Below are positions 13,330 to 26,759 of a DNA stretch of 64,000 nt, piece by piece. The translations under genes were made by a program, and so were the position numbers. Within the stretch, counting starts at the first letter, position 1. Each line of letters opens with the position of its first letter. The notes under the pieces are model-generated. The model had not been told where the DNA came from and ran no database searches. It saw nothing but the letters and a program-made list of their open reading frames with translations. Source of the DNA: Octopus sinensis (taxonomy: Eukaryota); NCBI RefSeq assembly GCF_006345805.1, contig NC_043003.1:55242001-55306000 (forward strand). The letters are read 5' to 3'.

Positions 13330-13630
13330 CGCCCCTTTCAAGCCTAACCAGGCTCATGGGCCCGGTTTTCCGGTTTCTGTGGCGTATGTGTTCCCCCAAG
13401 CTGGACGGAACGCCAGTCCATCGCAGCCTTACTCAAGAAACAGAAAGAAAGTGTGAGAGAAAATTGTGGTGAAAGAGTACAACAGGGATCGCCACCACCT
13501 CCTGCCGGAGCCTCGTGGAGCTTTTAGTTGTTTTCGCTCAATAAACACACATAACGCCCGGTCTGGGAATCGAAACCGCGATCCTCTGACCGCGAGTAAT
13601 GCCCTAACCACTGGGCAATTGCGCATCCAC
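13330..13630 (-). mobile_element. SINE with family C head and a V-domain-like body
   Basis: Head matches 7113-7310; body reads gcgatggactggcgttccgtccagc...acagaaaccgg, resembling the conserved V-SINE-type central domain. Confidence 0.75.
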
Positions 13631-13787
13631 TTAGACAGAGCTAATCTGTGATTAATACAAACATAGTGATTGCTCCACAAATGAATGCCGTCTCCGTGTG
13701 TTTCTTCCTAGTAAAGGGCCTTTCTTAAATCCTATGACGTCTCTGATGACTATTCAGCCCCACTGCAATACTGGAAGGTCCGAGGTG

Positions 13788-14205
13788 CAGGCGCAGGTGA
13801 AGATGTGTGGTAATAAGCTTGCTTCCCAACTACATAGTTCTAGGTTCAGTCCCACTGCGTGGTACCTTGGACAAGTGTTTTTAATATAGCCTCGGGCTAA
13901 CCAGAGCCCGAATGGATTCGGTAGACGAAACAAAAAACACACACACACACACACACATACACACATACAACACAAATACACCCACACGTGCGTCTTTCTG
14001 CCTGTGTTTGTCTCCCACCACCGCTTGACAAACGGTATCGATGTGTTTACGTCTCTGCAGCCCAGCGTTTCGGCAAAAGAGCATGGTAGGATAAGTTGTA
14101 GGCTTTAAAAAAGTATAAGACTTGGGGCCACTTTACTCGATTAAAACCCTTAAAGCCCATACCCCTGCATAGCCGCAGTCAAATAATTGAAACAAGTCAA
14201 AGATA
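13788..14205 (+). mobile_element. SINE family B, diverged
   Basis: gcgcagg...tgtgtggtaataagcttgc...ggttcagtcccactgcgtgg...gccgcagtcaaataattgaaacaag. Confidence 0.85.
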
Positions 14206-14559
14206 GGAGAAAGATGAAAGCTGTAAATTACTTTGCGCATCCAACTGGTTACGTCAGCATACATCACCACTGTTTCATCGGCGAAGGACTTTTAGTTGAC
14301 GGAATGACAAATGAGGTAACCTTAAAGAGATGGCTATACACAATTTGATTCATTATAGTGATAAATACCTGAACGTCATGGATTTCACAACCTGGTTCCC
14401 TGTGCTTTGTACCTAGTGACTAGTCGAAAGGACATGGTATAAAACTCCACGATTATGTCAGTGCTTCTCCTTTAGAACTAAGTGTCCCTCACTCTCAGTG
14501 ATTTTGCTGAGTCCCCTGTTATCGGGGTGTTCAGACGATGGTCAGCACATATGCTAGTT

Positions 14560-14778
14560 TACCTATAACTATTCTGATGTTACGTTCCAAAACGTCTCGC
14601 GATGAGTGAAAATCCGCGAAGTAGAAACTGTACTGTACGTTATATATATATATATGTATTTATAATCTGCATATATTCATTTTATTATAATTTGCAAAAC
14701 AATACCACGGAGGAATCGATGGAAGCTTAAGTAGTAAACCGTGATAGGAGAACCTAGATATGGCGAGGCACTACTGCA
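14560..14778. mobile_element. Tc1/mariner-superfamily (Tigger-like) MITE remnant
   Basis: 14680-14778 is an inverted copy of 15482-15590 and ends ...actgcaTA; its other end (cgcgatgagtgaaaatccgcgaagtag) resembles Tigger-type termini. Confidence 0.6.
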
Positions 14779-14878
14779 TATATATATATATATATATACT
14801 TCTAATATAAGGATAAGTTTTCGAAAAAAACTTTATCAATGACCAGCTTATTAAAATTAATTTAACGTATATATATAT

Positions 14879-14914
<36 letters not shown>

Positions 14915-15481
14915 GTGTAATAAATAAAATATATGCATACATACAAACATATATGTACGTACCGACATCTACATGTATATATACATGCATATATAAATAT
15001 ATATACGTACAGGACACCACAAGAAGACGTAAAAATCAACAGAAACGAAAACGGAAAAGCCATTTTGTTACAACAGAAGGACAGAGACATGGAACAAGAC
15101 GAAACGAAAACGGGAAAATAATTATGTACAGCAGAAAAACGAAGTACAGGACATGCTGCACAAGGAAAAATCTCCTTCATCAGCTGTCGCTAGCAGACAT
15201 AGCATGTTTCGAAGGCAAGACAGAACACGTCTGGTCATGCGACGCCTTCGTACGAGAGAATTAAAATAAAATAACCTCGTAGAGGGGTAAAACGAGCAAG
15301 AAAAAAATGTAACACAAAAAGAGACGTAACAAAGAACTGCACAAAAAAATACAAGAAGAAAATAATACACAATTAAAGATACATGTACAAGAAAATACAA
15401 AACGAGAATTAAATTACAATACGAGAAATCAAAATAAACAGGAGAACAAACGAAAAAGACGAACGAAGGCCTATATATATA

Positions 15482-15802
15482 TACAGTAATCCTCGACATA
15501 TCTTGGTTAACTATCGCGGTTAACTATTCGACCTTCCGTCGATTCCTCCGTGGTGTTGTTTTGCAAATTATAATAAAATTATAATAAAATTAATAAGATG
15601 CAGCACGGATTTTTATCAGTGAACAGGTCGCGGTCTTATAGCGACGAAAATATTTTGACAAATTAAACTTAAATGTTGTAGTGAATCGAACGGCTTTTGT
15701 GTATTTCTTAAATGGCTTACAAACACCTTCCACGCTGCAATTGTTTTCGTTCAAGCACACGATCACGGATCAAATCACTTGCTATGCAAGTACATCTCCG
15801 TA
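15482..15802. mobile_element. Composite MITE: Tigger-like terminus joined to one arm of the 19025-19339 family
   Basis: Begins TAcagtaatcctcg; 15597-15802 matches the loop and right arm of the 19068-19339 hairpin and ends gtacatctccgTA. Confidence 0.7.
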
Positions 15803-15809
15803 AATAAAA

Positions 15810-15871
<62 letters not shown>

Positions 15872-16139
15872 GTACAGTACTGTTTTGGAACGTAACATCC
15901 GAAATCGTCGAGGGATTATTGTATATTGCTATGCAATTAGGTTTATGTCGGGTCATAGAGTAAGCAATGGTTTCGCATCAATCTATCTGTATATATATAT
16001 AATATATATATATTATATATATATATATATATATATTTACAAACATATTTATATGAATGTGTGTGTGGGGGGTCGTGGTGGTTGAAAGCGTGTGTATGCG
16101 TATATGTATATGCGTGTGAGTGCACGGGCGCATAGGTAG

Positions 16140-16179
16140 ATATATAAGTAGATAGACAGACAGACAGACAGGCTGACAG

Positions 16180-16274
<95 letters not shown>

Positions 16275-16275
16275 T
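16140..16275. repeat. (GATA)n/(GACA)n microsatellite
   Basis: Directly visible. Confidence 0.97.
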
Positions 16276-16664
16276 ACTAGTCGGTACACTTTACTTATGC
16301 TTATATAGTAATGAAGAATTTTCGATAATAATTGCCTGCTATTTCTAGGAGATCGAACGACCCAGAATCATTACATTTGCTGACGCAATTAAATATTCTA
16401 TCTTTAATTTTCAGTATCGAAGTACAGGAAAGAGTCAGTGTCCGTTTGATCAATTTGTTAAGAACACCTCTTTGAAGTTGTTCACCACCTTCTATCCTTT
16501 TATCGATTTTTACTTGATCTGGTATTTTTATCGATCAATGCTTGGTAGATTTTCATGATGTCATATTTGTCTTTTTGCTTCTATTTTTAGTGTGCTTGTC
16601 TTTTCCATTGACCCCATTTAAATATTCTCTTCAGCATTACATCACCTTCTAATATTGCTTGCAA

Positions 16665-16912
16665 ATTTTGGCCCGAGAGCAGTAATTTTGGTACGTATTT
16701 TATCGGCCCCGAAAGGATGAAAAGCAAAGTCAACCTCGAGCTGAAATAAATGTAGGTAGGGTTAGTCGATTACATCGCCCCAAGTGATTGCCTGGCACTT
16801 ATTTTATCGACTACGAAAGGAAGATATACTAAGACGATCGCTCGGAATTTGAACTCAGAGCGCAATGCTGGAAAAATGCGTAGAAGCATTTTGTCCGGCG
16901 TGCTAACGAATC
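16665..16912 (-). mobile_element. Two adjacent SINE family A fragments
   Basis: Two occurrences of tattttatcg(a/g)c..cgaaagga; head rc gttagcacgccggacaaaatgc. Confidence 0.75.
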
Positions 16913-17911
16913 TATCATAAGAATCCATCCTCTTCTAGGCAAAAATGCTTGAAATGTTGGGTAAGAGCGATGCGGCACTGTGTGTGTTTATTATATATTT
17001 TCTTATGTATTCTCGATTGCTATAGTATTTGTAATTCTCTCCACATTTTGTGCAACTGAATTGCGTTTCTCAAATAAAATTATTTTTCACACAGAAACAT
17101 TTTACTGGAAATGAAATTCTGAATAACCGAAGTAGTCATAAATATCTCCCACCGTGGGTTACACAAACATTTTTTGTGATAGTTCTGTTTTTTGTTAATA
17201 TATTTCAACATTTTTAAAAATTCGTCTTTAGCGCTGAGGGTTGTGATTTCCTTTGTTAACAACGTATATAATTTTAGAGTCGATTTATCATAGCTTCCAT
17301 TTTCAGCATTATTACACAGGCATCGTCATTTCTCGGATTACACGAAGAAGCTTACCGAAATGCTTACAAGTCAATGCTCTTGTCTCTTCCAATCCTATCA
17401 TTCACTAATTACGGTGGTTAATCTCTGATTCTCGATAACAATATATTGAAGTTCTTGATGTATATCGTTTGTATTTATATCTGACACAACTGTACATGTC
17501 CGTGCGCCTAAATAAAAAGCAATATTTGCTTTAATTTCTTCTTAGTGACACGAAATAAGAGATAAATATAGCTCTATGCCTATAGGTTCGTGATCTATGC
17601 ATGTCTCAATTCCATTGTGCAAGTTCATTTCTATGATATCTTCAAATGGTAGTTTCTATAGATTATATTCCATCGTGAATAAAATTTTATATATTGCATT
17701 GAATGGTTGTTTTAAATTCTTTCATCCTTTCATTTGAAAATCTAAAGCAATTGGCTACAAAGTTTTCACTTACATTCTATATATTGTTAGATTTTCCATA
17801 TTATTGAAATGTCCAAAATTCCTAATATCCAAAATAAATTTGCATAAGCTGAGGCAACATTTGTCAGCATTCTATTTACACACATATATAAATATGTATA
17901 TATATAATATA

Positions 17912-17949
<38 letters not shown>

Positions 17950-18525
17950 TATATATATGTATGTGTGTGGTGTGTGTGTGTGTATATGTATGTGTGCGCA
18001 AGAATGTATTTCCACTTAATTTATAAGATATTTACAATATTATGTATTCAATTCCTGAATTCTTATTATTGATTTCTAACATAGCTCCAACATCTCAAAA
18101 TTAATAGGAAACAGAGTTGATTAGATCGACCTCAATAATCAAGTAAGTGTTAGTTCGTAGCCCACGGAAGAATATAAGGTCAAATCTAAATCTTCGGAAT
18201 TTGAATACTGAATTTAAAGCTGCATCACCAAATATCACATGACAGTTTGCATCCTCTACCGATTCTTCGAAACTACTACCTCTCCGAACTGAATAGTATG
18301 AGCAATTCATCACCTAGAGCGATGCAATAGCAGACTCGGTAAGGTGGCAGAGAAAATGGTTTGTTTATTGAAATATCTAAGTTTTCAATTCCCTCGCTTT
18401 TGCCTATCACAATGTAAGGTTTCTGATTAAACACTTGCAACATAATGGAGATAAACTTCTATACATTCTCCCGTGATGAAGTGAATATATGACAACTACT
18501 GAGTGGGCATCGGGAGATTGTAAAG

Positions 18526-18560
<35 letters not shown>

Positions 18561-18569
18561 ATATAATAT

Positions 18570-18960
18570 GGGACAAGAGCGCAAAACATCCAGACAGACG
18601 ATACAAAGAAAACAAGGACGTGTCATTTGGAATTTTCTATCTTCAGTCGAGTTCCAGATGTTTTTTGCAATTTCGACTGGTAATACTCGAGAGAGATCCA
18701 ATCTGGCCAGCACCAAGGAAAAACTAATCTAAGAGGATTAGGTTCCTTGGAAGAAAGCAACGAATGTATACAAAAACAAGGACGGAAAAAAAACAGAGAA
18801 ATATTACTCAAATACAAATGCAGTTAGCAGGACATAACAACAGTTGTTTCTAGACTAAGGACAAATTAAATTAAGCTGGCGTGTGTGGAACTAAAGCCTT
18901 ACGGCAGGAACATAGGGTTTAACAGGCACCTGGAGGAATATAGATGTTGCACGGATTGTA
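18570..18960. repeat. Unclassified A-rich interspersed-repeat-like segment
   Basis: Purine-rich segment between (TA)n tracts; minus strand contains GAAACAACTGT, like the PLE-end motifs elsewhere in the window. Confidence 0.35.
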
Positions 18961-18971
18961 GTATGTATGTA

Positions 18972-19024
<53 letters not shown>

Positions 19025-19030
<6 letters not shown>

Positions 19031-19337
19031 GATGTACTTGCATAGATCGTGCGCTAGAGCGAAAACAATTGCAGCGTGGAAGGTGTTTTTAGCCATTTAA
19101 GAAACACACAAAACCGTTAGATTCGCTTCAACATTTAAATTTAATTTTGTCACCTATTTTCGTCGCTTTGAACCGCGACCAGGTCACTGACAAAACTGAT
19201 GCAGCACAAAGTTTTGTCAGTGAACAGATCGCGGTCTCAAAGCGACGAGAATATTTTGACAATTAAATTTAAATGTTAAAGTGAATCTAACGGTTTTTGT
19301 GTTTCTTAAATGGCTTATAAACACCTTCCATGCTGCA

Positions 19338-19339
<2 letters not shown>
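19025..19339. mobile_element. Foldback MITE with about 130-bp inverted arms and a 12-nt loop
   Basis: 19068-19197 pairs with 19210-19339 (attgcagcgtggaaggtgttt... / ...aaacaccttccatgctgcaat); flanked by (TA)n. Confidence 0.9.
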
Positions 19340-19389
<50 letters not shown>

Positions 19390-19405
19390 CATATATATCA
19401 TATAT

Positions 19406-20125
19406 ACAGGGTGCGATGAAAAGTTGTCACTATTTTATATTTTTCATTACGCGCATGCACATTGTTTATTTTTGATTTTGTCGACTACAGAGTATAGGAA
19501 GTCCATTGAGAGTCATCTGTGAGAAAAACACCCCCGTTACGTAATTCACCAGCTAAAGCATCCAGTTAACGCCATGATGTTTGGAGTAATCGCTAGTGAT
19601 GGTGACGTTATGCCTCCATTCACCTTCCCACACGGCCTCAGAATCAATACGGATGCCTGGAGGAGGTAGTGCTGCTCTGCCTAAAGATGGTGGCAACTGG
19701 AAGACCCTATGTCTGACAACAGGACTCTGCACCATGCTACGCAAGCAGGAGAACCCAGACATGGCCGATAGACAATTTCTGCGACCACATCACCCCTAAC
19801 GTCTGACAACCTAACTCCCCAGACTGTAACCCCCTTGATTATTATTTGTGGGGCACAGTTCAGCGAGAAACCAATAAAACTTCTTGTAACACCACAGATG
19901 AACTGAAGGCAAGGATTATGGCAGCACTCGCCAACATAAACAAGGTGACCGTCCAGAAGAGCTGCATAAGATTCCGAAGTTATCTGGAAGCAGTGCGTAA
20001 AGCCAATGGCGATTTCATTTACTCTTTAGCATTTTAAGATATTTTTCTATAATTTTGGTAAATATATCTGTTAAAATGAGATGTCAGTGTTATTTTCATT
20101 TTTACCGTAATTTAGACGAGAGTTT
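19406..20125 (+). mobile_element. Internally deleted Tc1/mariner element (maT/DD37D-like) with transposase catalytic-domain remnant
   Basis: 19553-20020 reads KHPVNAMMFGVIASDGDVMPPF.FP.GLRINT...QQDSAPCY...NSPDCNPLDYYLWG...TTDELKARI; begins TAcagggtg; stops and frameshifts present. Confidence 0.92.
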
Positions 20126-20191
20126 ATATATATATACACAGAGATAGATAGATAGAGAGAGAAAGAGAGAGGGAGAGAGAGTGAGAATGAT

Positions 20192-20330
20192 ACATTGCAC
20201 AGTCGGTTACGACGACGACGGTTGCAGTTGATCCGATCAGCGGAATATCCTGCTCGTGCAAGTGGCTGAATCTCCACAGACACGTGTACCCTTAACGTAG
20301 TTCTCAGGGAAATTCAGAATGACACATAGT
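20192..20330 (-). mobile_element. SINE family C, 3' part
   Basis: Reverse complement matches 7360-7495 (gaactacgttaagggtacacgtgtctgtggag...gtcgtaaccgac). Confidence 0.85.
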
Positions 20331-20371
20331 ATCACATGGGTAGCCACTTGGAACACAGGAACCACTCATTT

Positions 20372-20470
20372 TTGGCAGCCGAAAAGTTACGTTAACAACA
20401 AACAAGATGAGCACAAATATCCGTCAAATATAAATAATATAATTAAATCCTCATCTCTTAAATAAAGAAC
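20372..20470 (+). mobile_element. 3' part of SINE family D
   Basis: cagccgaaaagttacgttaacaacaaacaagatgagcacaaatatccgtcaaat...cctcatctcttaaata is shared with 59877-60140. Confidence 0.75.
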
Positions 20471-20501
20471 ATTATTATTATTATTATTATTAATATTATT
20501 A

Positions 20502-20556
<55 letters not shown>

Positions 20557-20781
20557 GCTGCCGTCCTTGTATTTATTAAAATGGCGAGGTGGCTGAATTG
20601 TTAGCTCACCGGACAAAACGTTTAGCGTCTATGTTTACCTTCTCGTGAATTTTGCATTTGGCAAAATAGACAATATATATACACATATATATATATAAGA
20701 AGCAGTGTATTAAGGGAGTCGATGTAGTCAACTCTCTCCCTCTAACAGGTCTTGTGGTTATAGAGAAAATAATTACTACTG

Positions 20782-20935
20782 TGGCGGCGAGCTGGCAGAA
20801 TCATTAGCTTGCCAGAAAAAATGATTAACGGTATTTCGTTCGTCTTCATATTCTGAATTGAAATCAAGTTGAATTGGGATTCGCTTTTCCTTCATTCGGG
20901 ATCGATGTGATCGACTAGGCCCCCACCTCTCTCTT
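20782..20935 (+). mobile_element. SINE family A, internally deleted
   Basis: ggcggcgagctggcagaatcattagc...gatcgatgtgatcgacta. Confidence 0.8.
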
Positions 20936-20964
20936 ACAATTTCAGGCTTCATTCATATAGAAAA

Positions 20965-21020
<56 letters not shown>

Positions 21021-21664
21021 TTATTATTATCATCATCGTCATCATCGTCCTCATTATTAGGTATGCATTCATTTTCTGTATGTTGTTCTGTGTTAACAAC
21101 AATGTCACGCTTAACACCGCCTTTATTGAATTTTATTTCCCCAGATCTTTTCAAATCGCCATATTATTAACACATTTAACATAAAGGCTCTTTAGGTTGT
21201 TAATACGTTTTAAATATTTTATATCATTCTATAACCCGTGCTATTCCAATGCATTAGGCGTTAAGTAACTCGTCCTTCATATGACATGAAGTCATCTAGC
21301 ATTGTATCGCATACTGTTGAAATTATCATCATCAAATATTATCTCTTCCACTACACGCCTACCTATTACTGAATTATCATGTTGATCTGACTATCCATCT
21401 CTGTGTGTAATTATTCAGGTCTCACTGCCTTTCAGAGTCTATCACTCTCTCTCCCATTTTGTCTTATCTCTCTCTCGCTTCTCCAATATGCACACATAAA
21501 GAAATACCAACCTATTGCACAAAAGCTCCAACATATTTATACAAATATACATACATCTATACATACATATGTGCGTGTATGTGCGTGCGTGCGTGCGTGC
21601 GTGTGCACAAGAATGCATCCATAAATATATATACGCATATACACATATACAAATATATATATAC

Positions 21665-21724
<60 letters not shown>

Positions 21725-21931
21725 TATGTATGTATCTACATATGTATACATATGCATGCACACACACGCACGCTCACTTATATATATATATATCTGTAAA
21801 TAAAATATGCGACAATTATTCGGTAGCCATCATAAAAATCCGAGTTTTATCCCACGCCGGCATCTCTTCAGTTATCAGGCCATCAAAAAAAATGCTACAC
21901 ACACACACACAACAAACACAAACACAAACAC

Positions 21932-21974
<43 letters not shown>

Positions 21975-22779
21975 TATATATATATATATATACATAAACG
22001 TACGCAGAGTGGCCAAAAAATAGGCTAACAGTTATTCAACTGTCTCTTTCGCATTCTTATATTAACAGGTTATTATTATATAAATAAATACTGTAGTGGG
22101 TGTGTGGTAAGAAGCTTACATCCCAAAAAACATGGCTCTGGTGCACTCCCATTGCCTGGGACCTTGGACAAGTGTCTTTTACTGTAGATTTTGATTCAAA
22201 TGAATATGGTACTTAACTTAGATGCACCAGAATTTTTTTATGGTATTACCCGTAAAATTATGTGGGGTGATTATAACCAAAAAATAAGCAACAAGAATGG
22301 ATCGGTAGTTTAGTACAATTGTTTCATACTATAAACATTTTATTAAAGCTGCAAATATTACAGCAAATTTAATGTCAAGTAATCTTCAGCTAAATTTCAT
22401 ATAGGTTTTCCAAGCATCTTAGAGAGTGTAAATATACTTATAAAGTTATATGTGAGTTCCAGGAACTTGAAGTAAGATTCCAAGCAGACCATATATGTTT
22501 TCCAACAATACAAAGTTCTTAAATTAATTATTGACATCCCAGAGAAGGTAAATATACTCATAAATATGTGGATATAAATTTCAAGAAACACGAGGAAAGA
22601 TGCCGATCAGACCACGATTAAGTTCGCATCTAACTGTTGCAAACAAAATTCTATAGTAGTATGAAAAGATAGCGGGTAGGTCAAGGAAGCTGACTAGCTA
22701 GGGCAAAGAACATTATTAAAGAACATATTAAAAAGATACAGTTAGAAAGAACAACAATCGAAGAACCTACAAATTTGAA

Positions 22780-23400
22780 TGAATACAAGACAGACCCAAC
22801 TCTATTTGATAATTTAGTACATTTCTTTTTCTATACTTTAGAATCTCGTATGTCTTCATGGAACAGAGTTGACAGCCTACCCTATTATTTCTATAACTAC
22901 CCATTCTAACTATTACCCATTTTAGGTTATATTTAATATTATTAGTTTTGAGTTCCCAAATTTTACTGGAAAGTGTAGTGCAACCTGCTTTAGGATCTAA
23001 TCGGAAAGAGGAGAGATGATTGATAAATCTCTGTTTAAAATTAATAGTACAACCCAGGTAAAAATAGTTACTATAAGAAGTTGTTTTAGTACATTTATAG
23101 ATTAGTTATGGACCGAACAACGACCAGATGCCGGACATTTGACTTAATCCTACAATTGCAACTAGGGGGATAATTTTCAGATTTAGAATTATTTAAGGAC
23201 AGATCTCTCACATTGCTGCTATTCAAATTATTATGAATATTATTTTCGTTATTATAGGTAATATTGTTATCCAAAGTGGGGTTATTATTTATTGATATGT
23301 TTCCACTATCATTTAGATCTACCATAACAATATCACAATTACCTACATTATTGATATTGCTATTATTATTATTTGTATTTATATCCAAGTAATTATTACT
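22780..23400 (-). pseudogene. Penelope-like GIY-YIG endonuclease remnant with Asn-rich linker
   Basis: Minus strand: SCNCRIKSN..ASGRC..LIYKC...YLGCTINFKQRFINH...TTLSSKIWELK...GCQLCSMK; frameshifted. Confidence 0.88.
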
Positions 23401-23475
23401 GCTATAGATATTATTGTTATCCTCATTCTCGATATTATTTCTAATTGTATTATCTTTATTTTTATCATTACATAT

Positions 23476-23524
<49 letters not shown>

Positions 23525-23559
23525 TATATATATTATATATAGTATGTAGTATGTATGTA

Positions 23560-23760
23560 TGTATGTATTTGTTTCCCCATCGTCGCTTGACAAACGACGA
23601 GGTGTGTTTACGTCTCCCTAACCTAGCAGTGCGGCAAAGGAAACCGATAGAATAAATTAAATAATAAGCTTACAAAGAATAAGTCTTGTGATCGATCTGT
23701 TCGACTAAAGTCGGTGCTCCAGCATGGCCACACTCAAATGACTGAAACAAGTAAAATAAT
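23560..23760 (+). mobile_element. SINE family B, 3' half
   Basis: cgcttgacaaacgacgaggtgtgtttacgtc...cggtgctccagcatggccacactcaaatgactgaaacaag. Confidence 0.85.
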
Positions 23761-24149
23761 GAAATTAAAAAAAAGATACGTGTACGTCCGCACGTCTATA
23801 TATGTTTGGTGGCGGTTGTATTTTCGCTTGATACACTAGCTGTATAGTCAAATTTTGCCTCATCTTTGAATTTTCTGACTTGTTTCTATTACTACATTTA
23901 TGTAGAAAATGCATCAATCTCGTTACTTATATCACTCTTATTCTCTCTGTCTATCTCGATTGCGGCATCCAGAAATCTTTCAAGATGGAAGGAATATAGA
24001 AAAGGTCACATGACAATAGCAATCATGTTTTAAACGAAATCTTTGAAAATAAAGTCCTTGATTTCTATGGAGATTTAAAGCGCAATATTTTTTTCATTAC
24101 CTCGCTATTGAAAATATTAAGAATGTTGCAGGTGTTACGATGTGGACCT

Positions 24150-24206
<57 letters not shown>

Positions 24207-24554
24207 TATATACATATATAAATGTGTGTGTGCGTGTGTGTATGTGTGCGTGTATATACATACTTATATGAAAGTAGCGGTAAAGGAAAATTCTCTGATG
24301 ATTCTCAGTTTGTTTACCATTCACTCCAAGACATCTTAAATTTACATGTTTTATGTAGATGTTCGTCTTCTCGTTTCTCTGTTCTTTTTTTTTTGTTTTC
24401 TCTTTTTGTTTTCTTTTTCCATTTCTGCACCAAATGATATCGATAGAGATTCTGCATTCATTTCTTTTATTCTCCTCCATGTTTTAGTCTTTGGATGCGA
24501 CATTTTTGATCCAGCACGTCATAGAATGTATCTCTCAGTATTTTTCAAATGCAT

Positions 24555-24860
24555 GAAGTAGTAGTAGTAGTAATAGTAGTAGTAACAGTTGTAGTAGTAG
24601 TAATAGTAGTAGTAGTAGTAGTAGTAACAGTTGTAGTAGTAGTAGTAATAGTAGTAGTAGTAGTAGTAGTTGATGTTGTTGTTGTTATTGTTGTTATTTT
24701 TGTTTAAGTTGTTTCCGTTATTGATGTTTTCTTGTTGTTGTTGTTGTTCTTCTTTTTGTTCTTCTACCTCTTTTCTTCTTCTTCTCCTTCTTCTTCTTCT
24801 TCTCCTTCTTCTTTTTCTTCTTCTTTTCCTTGACGTTGTTGTTTTTCTTCTTCTCCTCTT
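24555..24860. repeat. Compound trinucleotide array (TAG)n/(TTG)n/(TTC)n
   Basis: Directly visible; source of the poly-Y/N/Q/R ORF. Confidence 0.95.
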
Positions 24861-26222
24861 CACCCTTCCTTCACTTCTGATCTGCATTGCACTTCATACT
24901 GACCATTCATTAAACGATTCGTAGTAAATCGATCTTATTTTCTCTCTCTCTTTAAAAAAAAAATCCGTTTCCTTTCTTCGGGTGCTGAAAAAACTATAAC
25001 TGATTTGTCATTATCCCTTTTATAATCTTTTCCATAATAGCGCCAGCGAGCAATAGACAGGTGAGAAAGTCAATATCTGTGTTTCGCTGGTCTTTGACTT
25101 CAAAACAACACTACTACATACAGGAGCAGCAAATTTGAATCCTGTATAATTTGAAAACATGTTCAAATTAGTCAAGCATATCGCTAGACATTGTGTTCGG
25201 AATTCTAATCCTTTTGTCCAGTTTCTGCTATTTTATATCAAATATACGCTTTTTCAAAAATAAGAGGGGATGGTCCACAGTGGAACGTCTTTACCCATTT
25301 ATCCTACTTGACCAAAGCTATTCTGTTGTTGTACAACAACAAAAACGGCGAAACCATTTATTGCGTATGTATAATTATGAGTATTATGCGACAAAATTAA
25401 CGATGCTAATGAATTTGATCCAAGCATTAATCGATTTCATCAATTTTGAAATGATGATCTCAATGGTTCTCTGCACTTTACAGATCGATTTAATATCGAA
25501 ATTTGAATCACACCAACTTTGATTATGTCTACATATGCATTATGTAAGTTTTGGCTGAATATACTGTGTTGGCGACCGATTAAGATTTAACACCTTGGAA
25601 ATTGAAACTGCATAAAGGTAATCTTTGAAACACTACCTGCTATCTATTGTACGCTATATTACAGTATGTAATTCATGACTCTCCTTATTGCGCAGGTTCA
25701 CAATAACGAAACCTGATACGTCAGAAAACCATTAGTATTTAACCTGCTGGAGTGTCCTTCAACTTATAAATCTGGTTGTAACACAACTCCACTGTTATAC
25801 AGCATCGTTTAGCCTAGCAACATTAATGTATAACCTATCACAATGTGTTACACGATAAGCTCATTTTACCCTTTCATATTTTAAGCTCCCCGTTTCATAC
25901 CTTATTAAAAGGTTGTAAAGCCATTATTCTCTTTTCTATTAAATCATACAATTATCTTAGACATTCTCTGATACTGCTATTACATATTCCGTGAAACCAT
26001 CGTATGGCTATTACAAACAGTACTTCACATTAGGTTTTTATCATCTCTAGATGATTTCGCCTCTTACGAATATAATACAACGAAGAAATAGGAAGACAAT
26101 GCATCGAGATTTCAACAAGCAGTGGCTGAATATACGATATCATTTAAAGCTCACAAGTTAGCTTTCTAATAATATTTACTCTTTCCTGCAAAATAAAACA
26201 GTGTTTCCTTCTAGCTGTGTAT

Positions 26223-26319
<97 letters not shown>

Positions 26320-26608
26320 GTATGTATGTATGTCTAAAAAGATTATTTGCAGGAATTCATGCATTTCAATAATACAGACTCCAAGGCAGAATCAAGGCGA
26401 GCACACCCATGTACCAACAGTGAGTACGGACACTCGCGTACTTAGTATACAGATATGTCTTTCCAGTTATGCAGATATCGACTAGTATAGACCAGACAAA
26501 CTCAATGTATAAGTAATGTCACTCCGGCATGCATTCCAAGGTCCACTGTAGGCCCAAACATCTCTTCCTTCGAATTAAGCCGATATATATACATATATAT
26601 ATATATAT

Positions 26609-26689
<81 letters not shown>

Positions 26690-26759
26690 CATATATGACA
26701 AAGCTGAGGAACAATGACGATTTAACCTTATTTCAAACAACCTGTAGTAAGAAGCTTGC

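Noticed and set aside
14572-14600. ctgatgttacgttccaaaacgtc as a hammerhead
   Set aside because: The core is mismatched and the sequence is better explained as part of a Tigger-like MITE terminus.
18084-18141. AG...GTAAGT-bounded exon candidate
   Set aside because: Stops in all three frames; such sites are common by chance.
23095-23388. Asn-rich 97-aa ORF as a host gene
   Set aside because: It runs into the PLE CNCR/GIY-YIG remnant and is that element's linker.
25484-25543. Exon candidate with strong acceptor and GTAAGT donor
   Set aside because: All three frames are closed; no support as a coding exon.
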